From: Centroscyllium fabricii
Lineage: Eukaryota
Reading direction: 5' to 3'
DNA length: 64,000 nt
NCBI GenBank assembly: GCA_051313645.2
Contig: JBNRSN020000001.1
Span: 102,610,001 to 102,674,000 of the forward strand
Every line of letters starts with the position of its first letter. Positions within the stretch are counted from its first letter, which is position 1. This document shows positions 49,845-60,710 of this stretch, piece after piece. A model generated the notes under the pieces. The model did no database searches. It saw only the letters and a list, made by a program, of their open reading frames with translations, and was not told where the DNA came from. Made by a program: the position numbers and the translations under genes.

Positions 49845-51115
49845 CATTCTTAAAAGAGAGAGTTAACTGCCAGATCTCACCCACTTCTGTGGTCTGGGAA
49901 TCCCTGGAATTGAACCACCCCTCTGCTTTGGCCTTGATCCTGGGCAGGCTGTTTGCCACCAGGGTCCTCAGTCAATGAGCCCTAGGCTCCCCCTGCAGCT
50001 GCGCCCTGTCGGGCACCCCCACACAGGCGCTCCAGTAGATGGGCCAATGCCTGTCCATGAAAGCCTGTTGTGCCTCCCCAGCTGACTGCAGTGTCCTTTC
50101 CACTCGGGAGAAGGGACTTCCATCATTGAGGCCCATAGCCTCTAGGATGTCATCCTTTTATCTGCTCTAATGTACCCTGCTCCCTCTTGCTATCCGCTGA
50201 GAGCGACTGGTACAACCTACTATCCAGGGAATATAAAATTAATTTGTCTGTCTCAGCTTTGTTACAATTATTGATCCCCCCCAACTGCTCCACATCCATA
50301 AAATGGACAGATGGATCCCCTGTGCTGGTCAGTTTGGTCAGGTTAGAGACCATTGCCTGCAGTTGGGGGATCGTATATGGGACCAAGAAGTCATTCTGCA
50401 GTGCTCCTTGCTTTTGACAGTCTATGGGCGCACTGTATTTCCGCTGCCGGACAGGGCACTTGGGTCCTGGTCCCAGCACTTTGGGTGGTGGTCGAGCATC
50501 TTCCTCTGCCTCACATTACTCCTTATCTCCCTCCAGCTCTTTCTCATCTACCCGGGCCATTTCCAGAGCAACCAAGCAGACTTTCCCTTTGGCCTTAGAT
50601 AGAGCATCAGTCAAATTTCGGATCTGCTACTGCCAATGACCACGATTACCCTTAGCAAACTCTCCATTGCTGGAAACTCTGTATGCCACCTGAATATCCT
50701 TCAACTGCTCTCCCAGCACCTTTACCTCACTCGACAAGTGAGCGTTCTCCTCCCTAACCATCCTCTTGTTCCCCTTTGCCTCAGTTACCTGGCATTGCAG
50801 GAACTCCTTATGGTTACAGAAGGTTTCCTTTTGGCTTATTCTTCCCTGTTTCTCATCCCTGAGCTCCATGCATAACCTGCTCCCTACTACAGCCCTTGCA
50901 TCTGACTGTGCCTCTGACTCCCTGGGCTCTGCCTCTAACTTAGCAACCTGTCTATCTAGCAGTTGTACTTGTCTTTGTAGACAGACAAGCCATATCGCCT
51001 TTTCAATGCTGCGCCTTTGCTCCTTGCCCTCCATCCATTCTGCCGTTGCATCCACCAGACGCTCAGCACACAATAAGCCTAGCACCCACTTCTTAGTGAC
51101 GTTAACCTTCTTAAA

Positions 51116-51433
51116 TATAGAAACATAGAAGATAGGAGTAGGCCATTCGGCCCTTCGAGCCTGCTCCGCCATTCAATGAGATCATGGCTGATCATCCAAA
51201 CACAGTACCCTGTCCCTGCCTTGTCCCCATATCCCTCAATCCCTATCAAGCCTGCATCAACACATATCCCACCCTATCCCCGTAACCCCACATATTTAAT
51301 CCCCCTAACATCAAGGGTCAATTTATCATGGCCAATCAACCTAACCCGCACATCTTTGGTCTGTGGGAGGAAACCGGAGCACCCGGAGGAAACCCACGCT
51401 GACACAGGGAGAATGTGCAAACTCCACACAGAT
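51116..51433 (-). mobile_element. 5'-truncated V-SINE inside gag
   Basis: V domain and tail present, tRNA head absent. Confidence 0.88.
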
Positions 51434-51519
51434 AAACACTTATGACGAAACCCTTTCCACTATTTTGGATCTTTCACCAGAAGCGCTGTCCATGACTGAT
51501 TTACACTCCTTTAACCCAG

Positions 51520-51537
51520 GTCCTGCTGCTGGTTGCC
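51520..51537 (-). promoter_or_regulatory. ERV primer-binding-site candidate
   Basis: TGGCAACCAGCAGCAGGA a few bases after the LTR end once the Gypsy is removed; loosely tRNA-Ser-like. Confidence 0.5.
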
Positions 51538-51921
51538 AAGAGATGTTGTGGCGACACGCCCACCGGCAGCCACGAACCCGCGCTGGGAAGGCTGCAAAGC
51601 GGCCCCGCCCGTCGGAGGACGCACGGACTTCCCCGACGTGATGACGTCACCAGGTGGCCAGCCGGCAGTGACGTCCCCAGCCGCGGGACCTTTAAATACC
51701 TGAGCGCCAGGTGGCTCAGTCTCTTTCTCTCCACCTGGCCCTAGTTGTAACAAGCAGTATAATAAAAACTCTCCTTCTAACCTCTCTGTGTCCAGCGTGG
51801 TCCTTCAGCCTTGCAGGCCTCAACACTGGTGACCCCGATACCTGAGACGATTCTCAGGTGAACAATGAAGCAGCCACTGCAGGACTGAGGGCCAAGCTGC
51901 CGCAGCCGAATCGCTACCACC

Positions 51922-53067
51922 ATGCCAGCAGCAAACGACTCAGCACGCCAAAGCAGACGGGGCCAAGTTTACCTCCCGGTCCCAACCATACCACAATTCT
52001 GGGAGCTCCGTCCAGCGGCTTGGTTTCGCAACACCGAGAACACCTTCCGCATCCATGGCGTGCAGGGAGACGACCGCTACAGCCTGCTCTTCGCAGCCCT
52101 CGCACAGTCCACCATCGACAGAATGTGGGACACCATCGAGGAAGACACTTCTGCTGGCAGGTACGAATCGCTAAAGGCCGCGCTGCTCGCAAAATTTACC
52201 CCAACCATTTTCGAGCGCGATTGCCAGGTCATTAACCTCCCCGACCTGGGAGATGCAGACCCCACCGACTTGTGGGCCCAGTTTGAGGCGCTCAATCGCG
52301 ACTCGGACACCCTTAAGCGCGCCCTCTACCTCCTTAAGCTGCCGCCCTCCATCAGACCGACACTGACGGTCTTGGAGCACCTCTCAAACAGGCAGCTAGC
52401 TCAGGAGGCAGACAAGCTCATTAAGGCCGAGCGCACCCGCGCCACCATGCACCGCCACGCTGCCGCTCAACAAGAGCAGCACCACCCACAACCCCGGCCC
52501 CAACTCAGAGCCGCGCGGACCCACAAAAAGCCACGCACCGCGGCAACCGGCTGGTGCTACTACCATACCAGGTTTGAGGCCAAAGCGCAGCGCTGCGTTC
52601 CGCCCTGCAACTTCAAACCCCAAACCTGCCCCAGCCCCACCATGTGCGTCGGCCGCTCCGGAGCGCTGCTCTTCGTTAAAGACAGTGTCTCAGGCCTCCG
52701 TTTCCTCTGCGACACAGGCGCGCAGCACAGCATCGTGCCAGCCTCCCCCGCAGAATCCAAGCAGGGCACCCAAGGCCCACCACTCGAAGCCGCAAACGGC
52801 TCCGAGATACTCACGTTCGGTACCCGCCAGCTTACCATTAAACTAGCAGGCCACAGGTATACGTGGGACTTCATCACCGCGCAGGTTAACACGCCCCTAC
52901 TCGGAGCCGATTTTCTGTGCGCCCACGGGCTCCTTGTCGATGTTACCCGGCGCCGCCTGGTCGACATCCAAATCATGTCGACCATTCCGTGCTCCACAGC
53001 CCCAGCACACCAGACCCACGCGGCAGCTCACTGCCGGGCCCGCAACTGTCGGACATTCTGTGTGTAA
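51922..53067 (+). CDS. Gag-protease
   Basis: CHCC motif WCYYHTRFEAKAQRCVPPC; protease FLCDTGAQHS; LLGADFL. Confidence 0.9.
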   Translation: MPAANDSARQSRRGQVYLPVPTIPQFWELRPAAWFRNTENTFRIHGVQGDDRYSLLFAALAQSTIDRMWDTIEEDTSAGRYESLKAALLAKFTPTIFERDCQVINLPDLGDADPTDLWAQFEALNRDSDTLKRALYLLKLPPSIRPTLTVLEHLSNRQLAQEADKLIKAERTRATMHRHAAAQQEQHHPQPRPQLRAARTHKKPRTAATGWCYYHTRFEAKAQRCVPPCNFKPQTCPSPTMCVGRSGALLFVKDSVSGLRFLCDTGAQHSIVPASPAESKQGTQGPPLEAANGSEILTFGTRQLTIKLAGHRYTWDFITAQVNTPLLGADFLCAHGLLVDVTRRRLVDIQIMSTIPCSTAPAHQTHAAAHCRARNCRTFCV

Positions 53068-53081
53068 TCGAAATGTGTGTC

Positions 53082-55853
53082 CGCAACTCCGACACGTACG
53101 CCACGCTGCTCGCCGAGTTCCCCACCCTAACCAACCCCACCTTCACAGCCCGCTCCGCCAAGCACGGCGTAGAGCACCACATCACCACCACAGGCCCCCC
53201 GGTCCACGCCCACGCACGCAGGCTGGACCCGGCCAAGCTAGAGATCGCTCGAGCCGAGTTCCACATCATGGAACAGCTCGGCATCATCCGCCGCTCCAGC
53301 AGCCCCTGGGCCTCCCCCCTCCACATTGCCCCCAAACCCGATGGCGGCTGGCGCCCCTGCGGAGACTACCGCCGCCTCAACAACGCCACCACCCCGGATA
53401 GGTACCCAGTCCCCCACATCCAGGATTTTTCCGTGAGGCTAGCCGGCTGCACGGTCTTTTCAAAGATCGACCTCGTGCGGGGCTACCACCAAGTTCCAGT
53501 GCACCCGGCGGATGTCCCTAAGACAGCCGTCATCACCCCATTCGGCCTATTCGAATTTCTCCGGATGCCCTTCGGACTCAAAAACGCGGCCCAGGCTTTC
53601 CAGCGCCTCATGGACTCAGTCCTCCGGGACCTCCAGTTCACATTCGTCTATCTTGACGACATCCTGGTGGCCAGCGCTTCCCCCCGGGAACACCTCATCC
53701 ACCTCAGAACCCTTTTTAAATGCCTGGCCGAGCACGGCCTCATATTAAGCCCCTCCAAGTGCCGATTCGGCCTCGAGGCTATTGACTTCCTCGGCCACCA
53801 CATCTCCCACACCGGGGCCATACCCCTGCCCTCCAAGGTGCAGGCGGTCCAGGAATTCCCCCGCCCTCACTCCATCAAGGGGCTGCAGGAATTCCTTGGA
53901 ATGGTTAATTTTTACAACCGTTTCATCCCCGGCGCAGCCGCCCTCATGGCCCCCCTCTACCAGGCCACCCACGGGCAATCCAACAAGACCGCGGTCGAGT
54001 GGACGGCCGAAGCCGCCACCACTTTCACCGCAACCAAAACGGCCCTTGCCAAAGCCACCCTCCTCAGCCACCCCAGGCCCAACGCCAGAGTAGCCCACAC
54101 CACCGACGCCTCCGACCACGCTGTCGGAGCAGTCTTCGAGCAGTGGTCGGGCGACTCATGGCAACCACTGGCCTTTTTCAGCCGCCGCCTCCGGCCCCCA
54201 GAGGCCAAGTACAGCGCCTTCGATAGGGAGCTACTCGCTCTCTACCTCGCAGTGCGCCACTTCCGCTTCCTTTTGGAGGGCCGCCACTTTACAGCATTTG
54301 TGGACCACAAACCACTAGTCTCCGCAATGGCTAAGCTCTCCGAACCCTGGTCGGCCAGGCAGCAGCGCCAGCTCGCGGCCGTGTCCGAGTTCACGACCGA
54401 CATCCAGCACATTGCTGGCCGCGACAACGTGGTCGCCGACTGCCTCTCACGACCCGCCATTCACAAGCCCAACCCCGACCACCCCCCAACCCCAGCCACC
54501 AACCGCGCCTGCGCACACTGCTGCGCATTCCCAACCACCAACACTGTCCAGACCGCGGTCGACTACGTCAAAATGGCGGCCGACCAACTCAGCGATCCCG
54601 ACCTCCTCGACCCCACCAACAAACTTCCCGGCCTACTCTTAGCCACCGTAGCACACGGACCCACAGCCACGGGGGTCCGCTGCGACGTCACCCTACCCCA
54701 ACCCAGGCCCGTGGTGCCCCCCGCGTGGAGGCAGCACATCTTCCAGACCCTCCACGGCCTCTCCCACCCCGGCGTCCGCGCATCCACCAAGCTCATCTCT
54801 GCGCGATTCGTTTGGCGCGGCCTAAAACAAGATGTCCGCGCCTGGACCACCTCGTGCAATGCCTGCCAGCGAGCCAAGGTGCACAAACACATCAAAGCAC
54901 CACTCCAACCAATCGTCATCCCAGCCAGACGCTTCAGCCACGTGCACGTCGACCTGGTTGGACCACTACCCCCATCACGTGGACACTCGTACCGCCTCAC
55001 AATGGTCGACCGCACCACCCGCTGGCCTGAAGCGGTCCCCCTCAACACGACCACCACCGCCGAACTGGCCAGGGCCTTCATCGCCACATGGGTCGCCCGC
55101 TTCGGCATCCCCAACGACATTACTTCAGACAGGGGCCCCCAATTCACTTCAACTCTATGGTCAACCATCGCTCACGACCTTGGGGTAACCCTGCACCGAA
55201 CCACTGCCTACCACCCGCAAGCCAACGGCCTCTGCGAACGGTTCCACCGAACTTTTAAAACATCCCTGCGGGCCAGCCTCCAGGACGCAACCTGGACGGA
55301 CCGCCTGCCCTGGGTAATGCTCGGCCTCCACTCAGCGGCCAAAGAAGATCTACACGCCTCGGCAGCCGAACTCGTTTACGGCCAACCACTAACGGTACCA
55401 GGCGAGTTCGTCGCAGAAACAAGCGAACCCTGGTCGGCCGAGCTCTGCCTCAGGGAATTCAACAACCAGGCAGCAGAATTCAAACCACTTCCGGTGGCCC
55501 GCCACGGTCACCCGGCGACACGTGTCCCCGATGCCATTCAGGATGCCAAGTATGTGTTTGTCCGCCATGACTCACACAAAACACCGCTGCAGGCACCGTA
55601 CGACGGGCCATTCAGAGTGCTTCGGGCGGGACACAAAACGTTTGACATTCAAATGGGCAACAGAACTGAGACCGTATCCATTGACCGGCTCAAACCAGCA
55701 CACGTAATGGCGGGCGAGACAACAGTCCCCGCACAACCACCTAAACGCGGCCGCCCTACCGCACCAAAACCCACCCACACTCCCACACAGACCAACAAGC
55801 AACACATCACACGTGCCGGCCGTACCATCAGGCCACCTAAGCGCCTCGCCTGA
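53082..55853 (+). CDS. RT-RNase H-integrase (open frame, -1 relative to gag-pro)
   Basis: GDYRRLN, YLDD, TDASD, HHCC zinc finger, SDRGPQF, GPF. Confidence 0.92.
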   Translation, partial: RNSDTYATLLAEFPTLTNPTFTARSAKHGVEHHITTTGPPVHAHARRLDPAKLEIARAEFHIMEQLGIIRRSSSPWASPLHIAPKPDGGWRPCGDYRRLNNATTPDRYPVPHIQDFSVRLAGCTVFSKIDLVRGYHQVPVHPADVPKTAVITPFGLFEFLRMPFGLKNAAQAFQRLMDSVLRDLQFTFVYLDDILVASASPREHLIHLRTLFKCLAEHGLILSPSKCRFGLEAIDFLGHHISHTGAIPLPSKVQAVQEFPRPHSIKGLQEFLGMVNFYNRFIPGAAALMAPLYQATHGQSNKTAVEWTAEAATTFTATKTALAKATLLSHPRPNARVAHTTDASDHAVGAVFEQWSGDSWQPLAFFSRRLRPPEAKYSAFDRELLALYLAVRHFRFLLEGRHFTAFVDHKPLVSAMAKLSEPWSARQQRQLAAVSEFTTDIQHIAGRDNVVADCLSRPAIHKPNPDHPPTPATNRACAHCCAFPTTNTVQTAVDYVKMAADQLSDPDLLDPTNKLPGLLLATVAHGPTATGVRCDVTLPQPRPVVPPAWRQHIFQTLHGLSHPGVRASTKLISARFVWRGLKQDVRAWTTSCNACQRAKVHKHIKAPLQPIVIPARRFSHVHVDLVGPLPPSRGHSYRLTMVDRTTRWPEAVPLNTTTTAELARAFIATWVARFGIPNDITSDRGPQFTSTLWSTIAHDLGVTLHRTTAYHPQANGLCERFHRTFKTSLRASLQDATWTDRLPWVMLGLHSAAKEDLHASAAELVYGQPLTVPGEFVAETSEPWSAELCLREFNNQAAEFKPLPVARHGHPATRVPDAIQDAKYVFVRHDSHKTPLQAPYDGPFRVLRAGHKTFDIQMGNRTETVSIDRLKPAHVMAGETTVPAQPPKRGRPTAPKPTHTPTQTNKQHITRAGRTIRPPKRLA

Positions 55854-56341
55854 GGCGACACGGGCAGAGCATAGACGGCCCGCCACAACACCATCTTTCG
55901 AACCACGGAACAGCACACAACACCTGCCGGCCACAACACCAGGCCATTGCGGCAAACTGTCGGACATTCTGTGTGTAATCGAAATGTGTGTCTGCTCTCC
56001 TTTTTGTCTCCCTCTCCTCTAGGAAACTACACTTCCCCTCGCGGATTCTGGGGGGGAGCTGTGTGGCGACACGCCCACCGGCAGCCACGAACCCGCGCTG
56101 GGAAGGCTGCAAAGCGGCCCCGCCCGTCGGAGGACGCACGGACTTCCCCGACGTGATGACGTCACCAGGTGGCCAGCCGGCAGTGACGTCCCCAGCCGCG
56201 GGACCTTTAAATACCTGAGCGCCAGGTGGCTCAGTCTCTTTCTCTCCACCTGGCCCTAGTTGTAACAAGCAGTATAATAAAAACTCTCCTTCTAACCTCT
56301 CTGTGTCCAGCGTGGTCCTTCAGCCTTGCAGGCCTCAACAA

Positions 56342-57518
56342 TGTAAATGGTTTTTGATCCTAGCCCAGTTGCTAGACGGACGGTCCAAATCGCCCCCGCC
56401 TTACGAAGGTTCTATGCCCGGAAATTATTATTCAGAGTGTAAATGGAATAAGTCACGGACAGGAATGCTTCGCTGAAAAATCAAACTTATATTTAATTGG
56501 TCGAACATACACTGGCTAAAATATGCACTATAAACAAAATCACTGTCACTGTGGAGATTAAAATCCAGGTTACAAACAACATACATACAGTACACAACTG
56601 GGAACTATAACCAGCAGTAATTCCCTTGTTGCTATGGTGGACTCTAATTACACCCCTACCAATGAATTACCCAGTCGCATAAACCCCTTCACCTGGCTGA
56701 ACCAAACAAAGCTCCCACCCCAGAATAGCCCAAAAACTTCACTTCTGAGAAAAACCCTGAGCCCCTTACACCTCACCCAGCTCACCTGGGATATCTGGTT
56801 ACCGGCTTGGGACACTCGAGACCATGCTTACCACCACACATGGTCGGTCTCATTTGCTTCGCTCAGTGGATTCTTCCTCTGATACTTCTTGTTAGGTCGA
56901 TCTTGCTGGAGCGATCTTGGTGGAGCGAGAGAGAGAAATAATGGTGGAAAAAGATCTATCTTAATAGGAGTTTACCATCTTCCCCCATCTTTCCCACCAA
57001 TCTTTAAAATCCTTTTGTTTCTCAGCACTCGGGTGCTTAATCAGTGCTAGGTCATCATCGAACCCATGAGTATTCCATGATTGGATTAATGGCCCAACGT
57101 CCGGGGCATATCTTTGGTCTTTGTGTTGGGAAAAACTGGCTCCTTTTCGGCTGGCTGGGCAAGTGGGTTCATTGTTCTGATTCCCTTCTGAGATGGAGTT
57201 GTGAAGTGCTTTTGCATATTAGAGTGGCTTTCTATTAAGTTCAAGTTCAACAGGTGCCTCGGGCTCCTCAGCCGCTCGTCAATGGCCCCCTCCTTTTCCT
57301 AGGACTGTCGGGCGAACCCATACATTCTGGATGACTGACAGTTCTTTTGTCACAGCCAACTGCCATGTATTCTCTGGAGTTTAAACAAACCAGCCCCCCA
57401 CGCATCTGCACAGGTTGATCCCACCACAGGGAAAACACCATCAGAAAAATCCCATAAAGTCCACAAAATTATTCTCGACTGAGTCCATTCTTCAAACAGA
57501 GGCTTTGCGATCTCTTCA
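56342..57518 (-). repeat. ERV 5' LTR
   Basis: 1177 bp, collinear with 28083-29396; followed by TSD ACTC. Confidence 0.9.
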
Positions 57519-58164
57519 ACTCCCACTCACTGGGTTGTGTTTATGATCATAGAAGCTGAAAGTGCAGCATTTTGCACAAACATGAATTGAGTTAGCGAAA
57601 GAGCTTGAATTGTATAATTCAGTACAAATAAACAAGGTGGAGTTCACAGCAATAAGAAAATAAATGTGCAAAAAAAATATAGCAAGTTCAAATGTGGTAT
57701 GTAAACAGCAGAACTCAAATTACAGGTAATGCTTTGTTAGTCAAGAAATTTGGCAAGAGATAAAGATAATATTGTAAATACAAGTTTAATCCTATATCAT
57801 CTTATGGGTACTTTTTAGTAATTGTTCAGAGTTATTTTCAAGTACTCTTTTAATATTTCCAACAGTTGTCCACCGCCAACTTAATTGTTTGATGTGTATA
57901 CCTTTTATTTACTTCAGCAGCACTTGTGAGTTCTCGCACCACCGCTCAACCTGAGATAGTTGTGGCTCTCTTGCCATCTCCATGTGAGCGGAATTGGACA
58001 GTTAAATTTAATGTGAGCTATGGTCTAGGTTGAATTTAGCAATGCATTGTATGTCTTTGTCTGTGGACCAATACTTAGCTTCCTTCTGTAAGATGTCATT
58101 GTGTAGTAATGTTTAAAAGAAATTGAAAAAAGCTAAAAAAAAAAGTAGGTGCACTTTTTTATGG

Positions 58165-60710
58165 GGGTACGGTTGCAAAGTGGTTATGTTCCTGGACTAG
58201 AAATCCAGAGCACTGGCCTAATGATCTGGAGACATGAGTTCAAATCCTGCCAAGGCAGCTGGGGAACTTAAATTCAGTTAATTAAATAAATCTGGAATAA
58301 AAAGCTAGTATTTGTAATGGTGACCATGAAACTACTGGATTGTCATAAAAGCACATCTGGTTCACTTATGCCCTTCAGGGAAGCAAATCTGCAGTCCTTA
58401 CCTGGTCTGGCCTAGAAGTGACTCCAGACCCACAGCAATGTGGTTGACTGTTTTTTAAAATGGCCTAGCAAGCCATTCAGTTGTAACAAACTGCTACTAA
58501 GAAGTATACTAAGAATTTAAAAAATGGACGGACCACCCAGACATGACAAAGGCAAACACAGCCCAGTTAACCTTGCAAAGACCTCCTCATTAACATCTGG
58601 GGGCTGTGCCAAAATTGGGAGAGCTGTCCCACAGACTGGTTAAGCAACAGCCTGAAATAGTCATACTGACAGAATCATATCTTTCAGCCAATGTCCCAAA
58701 CTCCTCCATCACCAACCCTGGGTATGTCCTGACACACCGGCAGGACAGACCCACCAGATCTGACAGCACAGTGGTCTACAGTCGGGAGGGAGTGACCCTG
58801 GAAGTCCTCAATATTGACTCCGAACCCCATGAAGTCTCATGGCATCAGGTCAAACATGTGCAAAGAAACCTCCTGCTGATTACCACCTACCATCCTCCCT
58901 CAGCTGATGAATCAGCATGTTGAACACCACTTGGAAGAAGTAGCAAAGACAGAGAATGTACACTGGGTGGGGGACTTCAATGCCCACCCCCAAGAATGGC
59001 TCGGTAACACCACTGCAGACCGAGCTGGCCGAGTCCTGAAGGTCATAGCTGCCAGACTGGGCATTCGCCAGGTGATGAGAGAACCAACACAAGGGAAAAA
59101 AACGACTTGACATCGTCCTCACCAATCTACCTGTTGCAGATGAATCTGTCCATGACAGTGATGGTCGGAGTGACTACCGCACTGTCCTTGTGGAGACGAA
59201 GTCCCGTCTTAACGCTGATGACACACTCCATTGTACTGTGTGGCACTACCACTGTGCTAAATGGGACAGATTCTGAACAGATCTAGCAGCTCAAAATTAG
59301 GCATCCATGAGGCGCTGTGAACCATCAGCAGCAGAAGAATTTGTATTCCACCACAATCTGTAACCGCATGGCACTCTACCATTACCATCAGGCCAGGGGA
59401 CCAACCCTAGTTCAACGAGGAATGTAAAAGAGTTGCCAGGAGCAGCACCAGGTGTACCTAAAAATGAAGTGCCAACCTAGTGAACTGCAACACAGGATTA
59501 CATGCATGCTAAACAGCAAAAATATCATGATAAAGAGAGAGCTAAGTGATTTCACAGCCAACCGACCAAATCAAAGCTCTATAGTCCTGCCACATCCTGT
59601 TGTGAATGGTGGTGGACAATTAAACAATAGGAGGAGCAGGCTCCATGAACATACCAATCCTTAGTGATGGCGGACAAGGCTGAAGTGTTCACAACCATCT
59701 TCAGCCAGATGTGCCGAGTGGATGATCCATCTCGGCCTCTTCGTGAGGTCCCTACCATCACAGATGACATAATTCAGCCAATTTGATTCACTCCACTTGA
59801 TATCAAGAAACGGCTGAGCGAACTGGATACAGCAAATGTTATGGGTCCTGACAACATCCCGGCTGTCTTGCTGAAGACTTGTGCTCCAGAACTAGCCATG
59901 CCTCTAGTGGCACTTACTCACAAATAACCTGCTCACCGATGCTCAGTTTGAGTGCTGCCAGGACCACTCAGCTCCAGACCTCATTATAGCCTTGGTCTAA
60001 ACATGGACAAAAGAGCTGAATTCCAGAGGTGAGGTGAGAGTGACACCCCTTGAAATCAAGCCAGTATTTGACCGAGTATGCCATCAAGGAGCCCTAATGA
60101 ATCGAAGTCAATTGGAATCGGGGGAAAATGCTCCACTGGCTAGAGTCATACCTAGCACAAAGAAAAATAGTTGTAGTTGTTGGAGGTCAATCATCTCAGC
60201 CCCAGGACATCACTGCAGGAGTGCCTCAGTGCAGTGTCCTAGGCCCAACCATCTTCAGCTGCTTCTTTAGTAACCTACCCTCCAACATAAGGTCAGAAGT
60301 GGGGATGTTCGCTGATGATTGCATAGTGTTCAGTTCCATTCGTAACTCCTCAGATAATGATGCAGTTGATGTTCGCATGCAGCAAGAGCTAGATGACATT
60401 CAGGCTTGGGCTGATAAGTGACAAGTAAAATTCACGCCACACAATTGCCAGGCAATGAACATCTCCAACAAGAAATTCTAACCACTGCCGCATGACATTC
60501 AACAGGACTACCATCCATGAATCCCCCACAAAAGCAGGTCAGAGGCTGATTATTCTGTGGTGGGTATCTCACCTCCTGACTCCTCAAAGCCTTTCCAACA
60601 TTTGCAAGGCACAAGTCAGGAGTGTGATGGAATACTTGCCTGGATGAGTGCAGCTCCAACAACACACCGGAAGCTTTACATCATCCAGGGCAAAGCAGCC
60701 ATCTTGATTG
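58165..60710 (+). mobile_element. CR1-group LINE (APE-RT) with tRNA-SINE-like 5' head, decayed and 3'-truncated
   Basis: B box GAGTTCAAATCC; APE motifs IVILTESYL, YHPPS, VGDFNAH; RT GVPQCSVLGP, MFADD. Confidence 0.85.

Larger units (their letters stand above)
49001..51493 (-). pseudogene. gag: ERV gag, disrupted
   Basis: ATG at 51493 just after the PBS; coiled-coil-like N-terminus; capsid-like 50479-50150; CYGCGSKGHWRKDC knuckle; TGA at 49003-49001. Confidence 0.8.
51547..56340 (+). mobile_element. CsRn1-clade Ty3/Gypsy retrotransposon, very young
   Basis: 279-bp LTRs 51547-51825 and 56062-56340, identical by eye; TSD ATGT; tRNA-Trp PBS TGGTGACCCCGA; G-rich PPT. Confidence 0.95.
28083..57518 (-). 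mobile_element. Endogenous retrovirus, lokiretrovirus-like, heavily nested
   Basis: Paired LTRs with TG...CA ends; TSD ACTC (28079-28082, 57519-57522); gag-pro-RT-tether-RH-IN-env order on the minus strand; PPT-like AAATGGGGGAC at 29407-29397. Confidence 0.9.

Noticed and set aside
28083-57518. Foamy virus assignment for the ERV
   Set aside because: Long LTRs, YVDD and a 4-bp TSD fit, but the CCHC Gag, in-frame gag-pol and only ~450 bp between env and the 3' LTR (no room for accessory genes) argue against it; a phylogeny is needed
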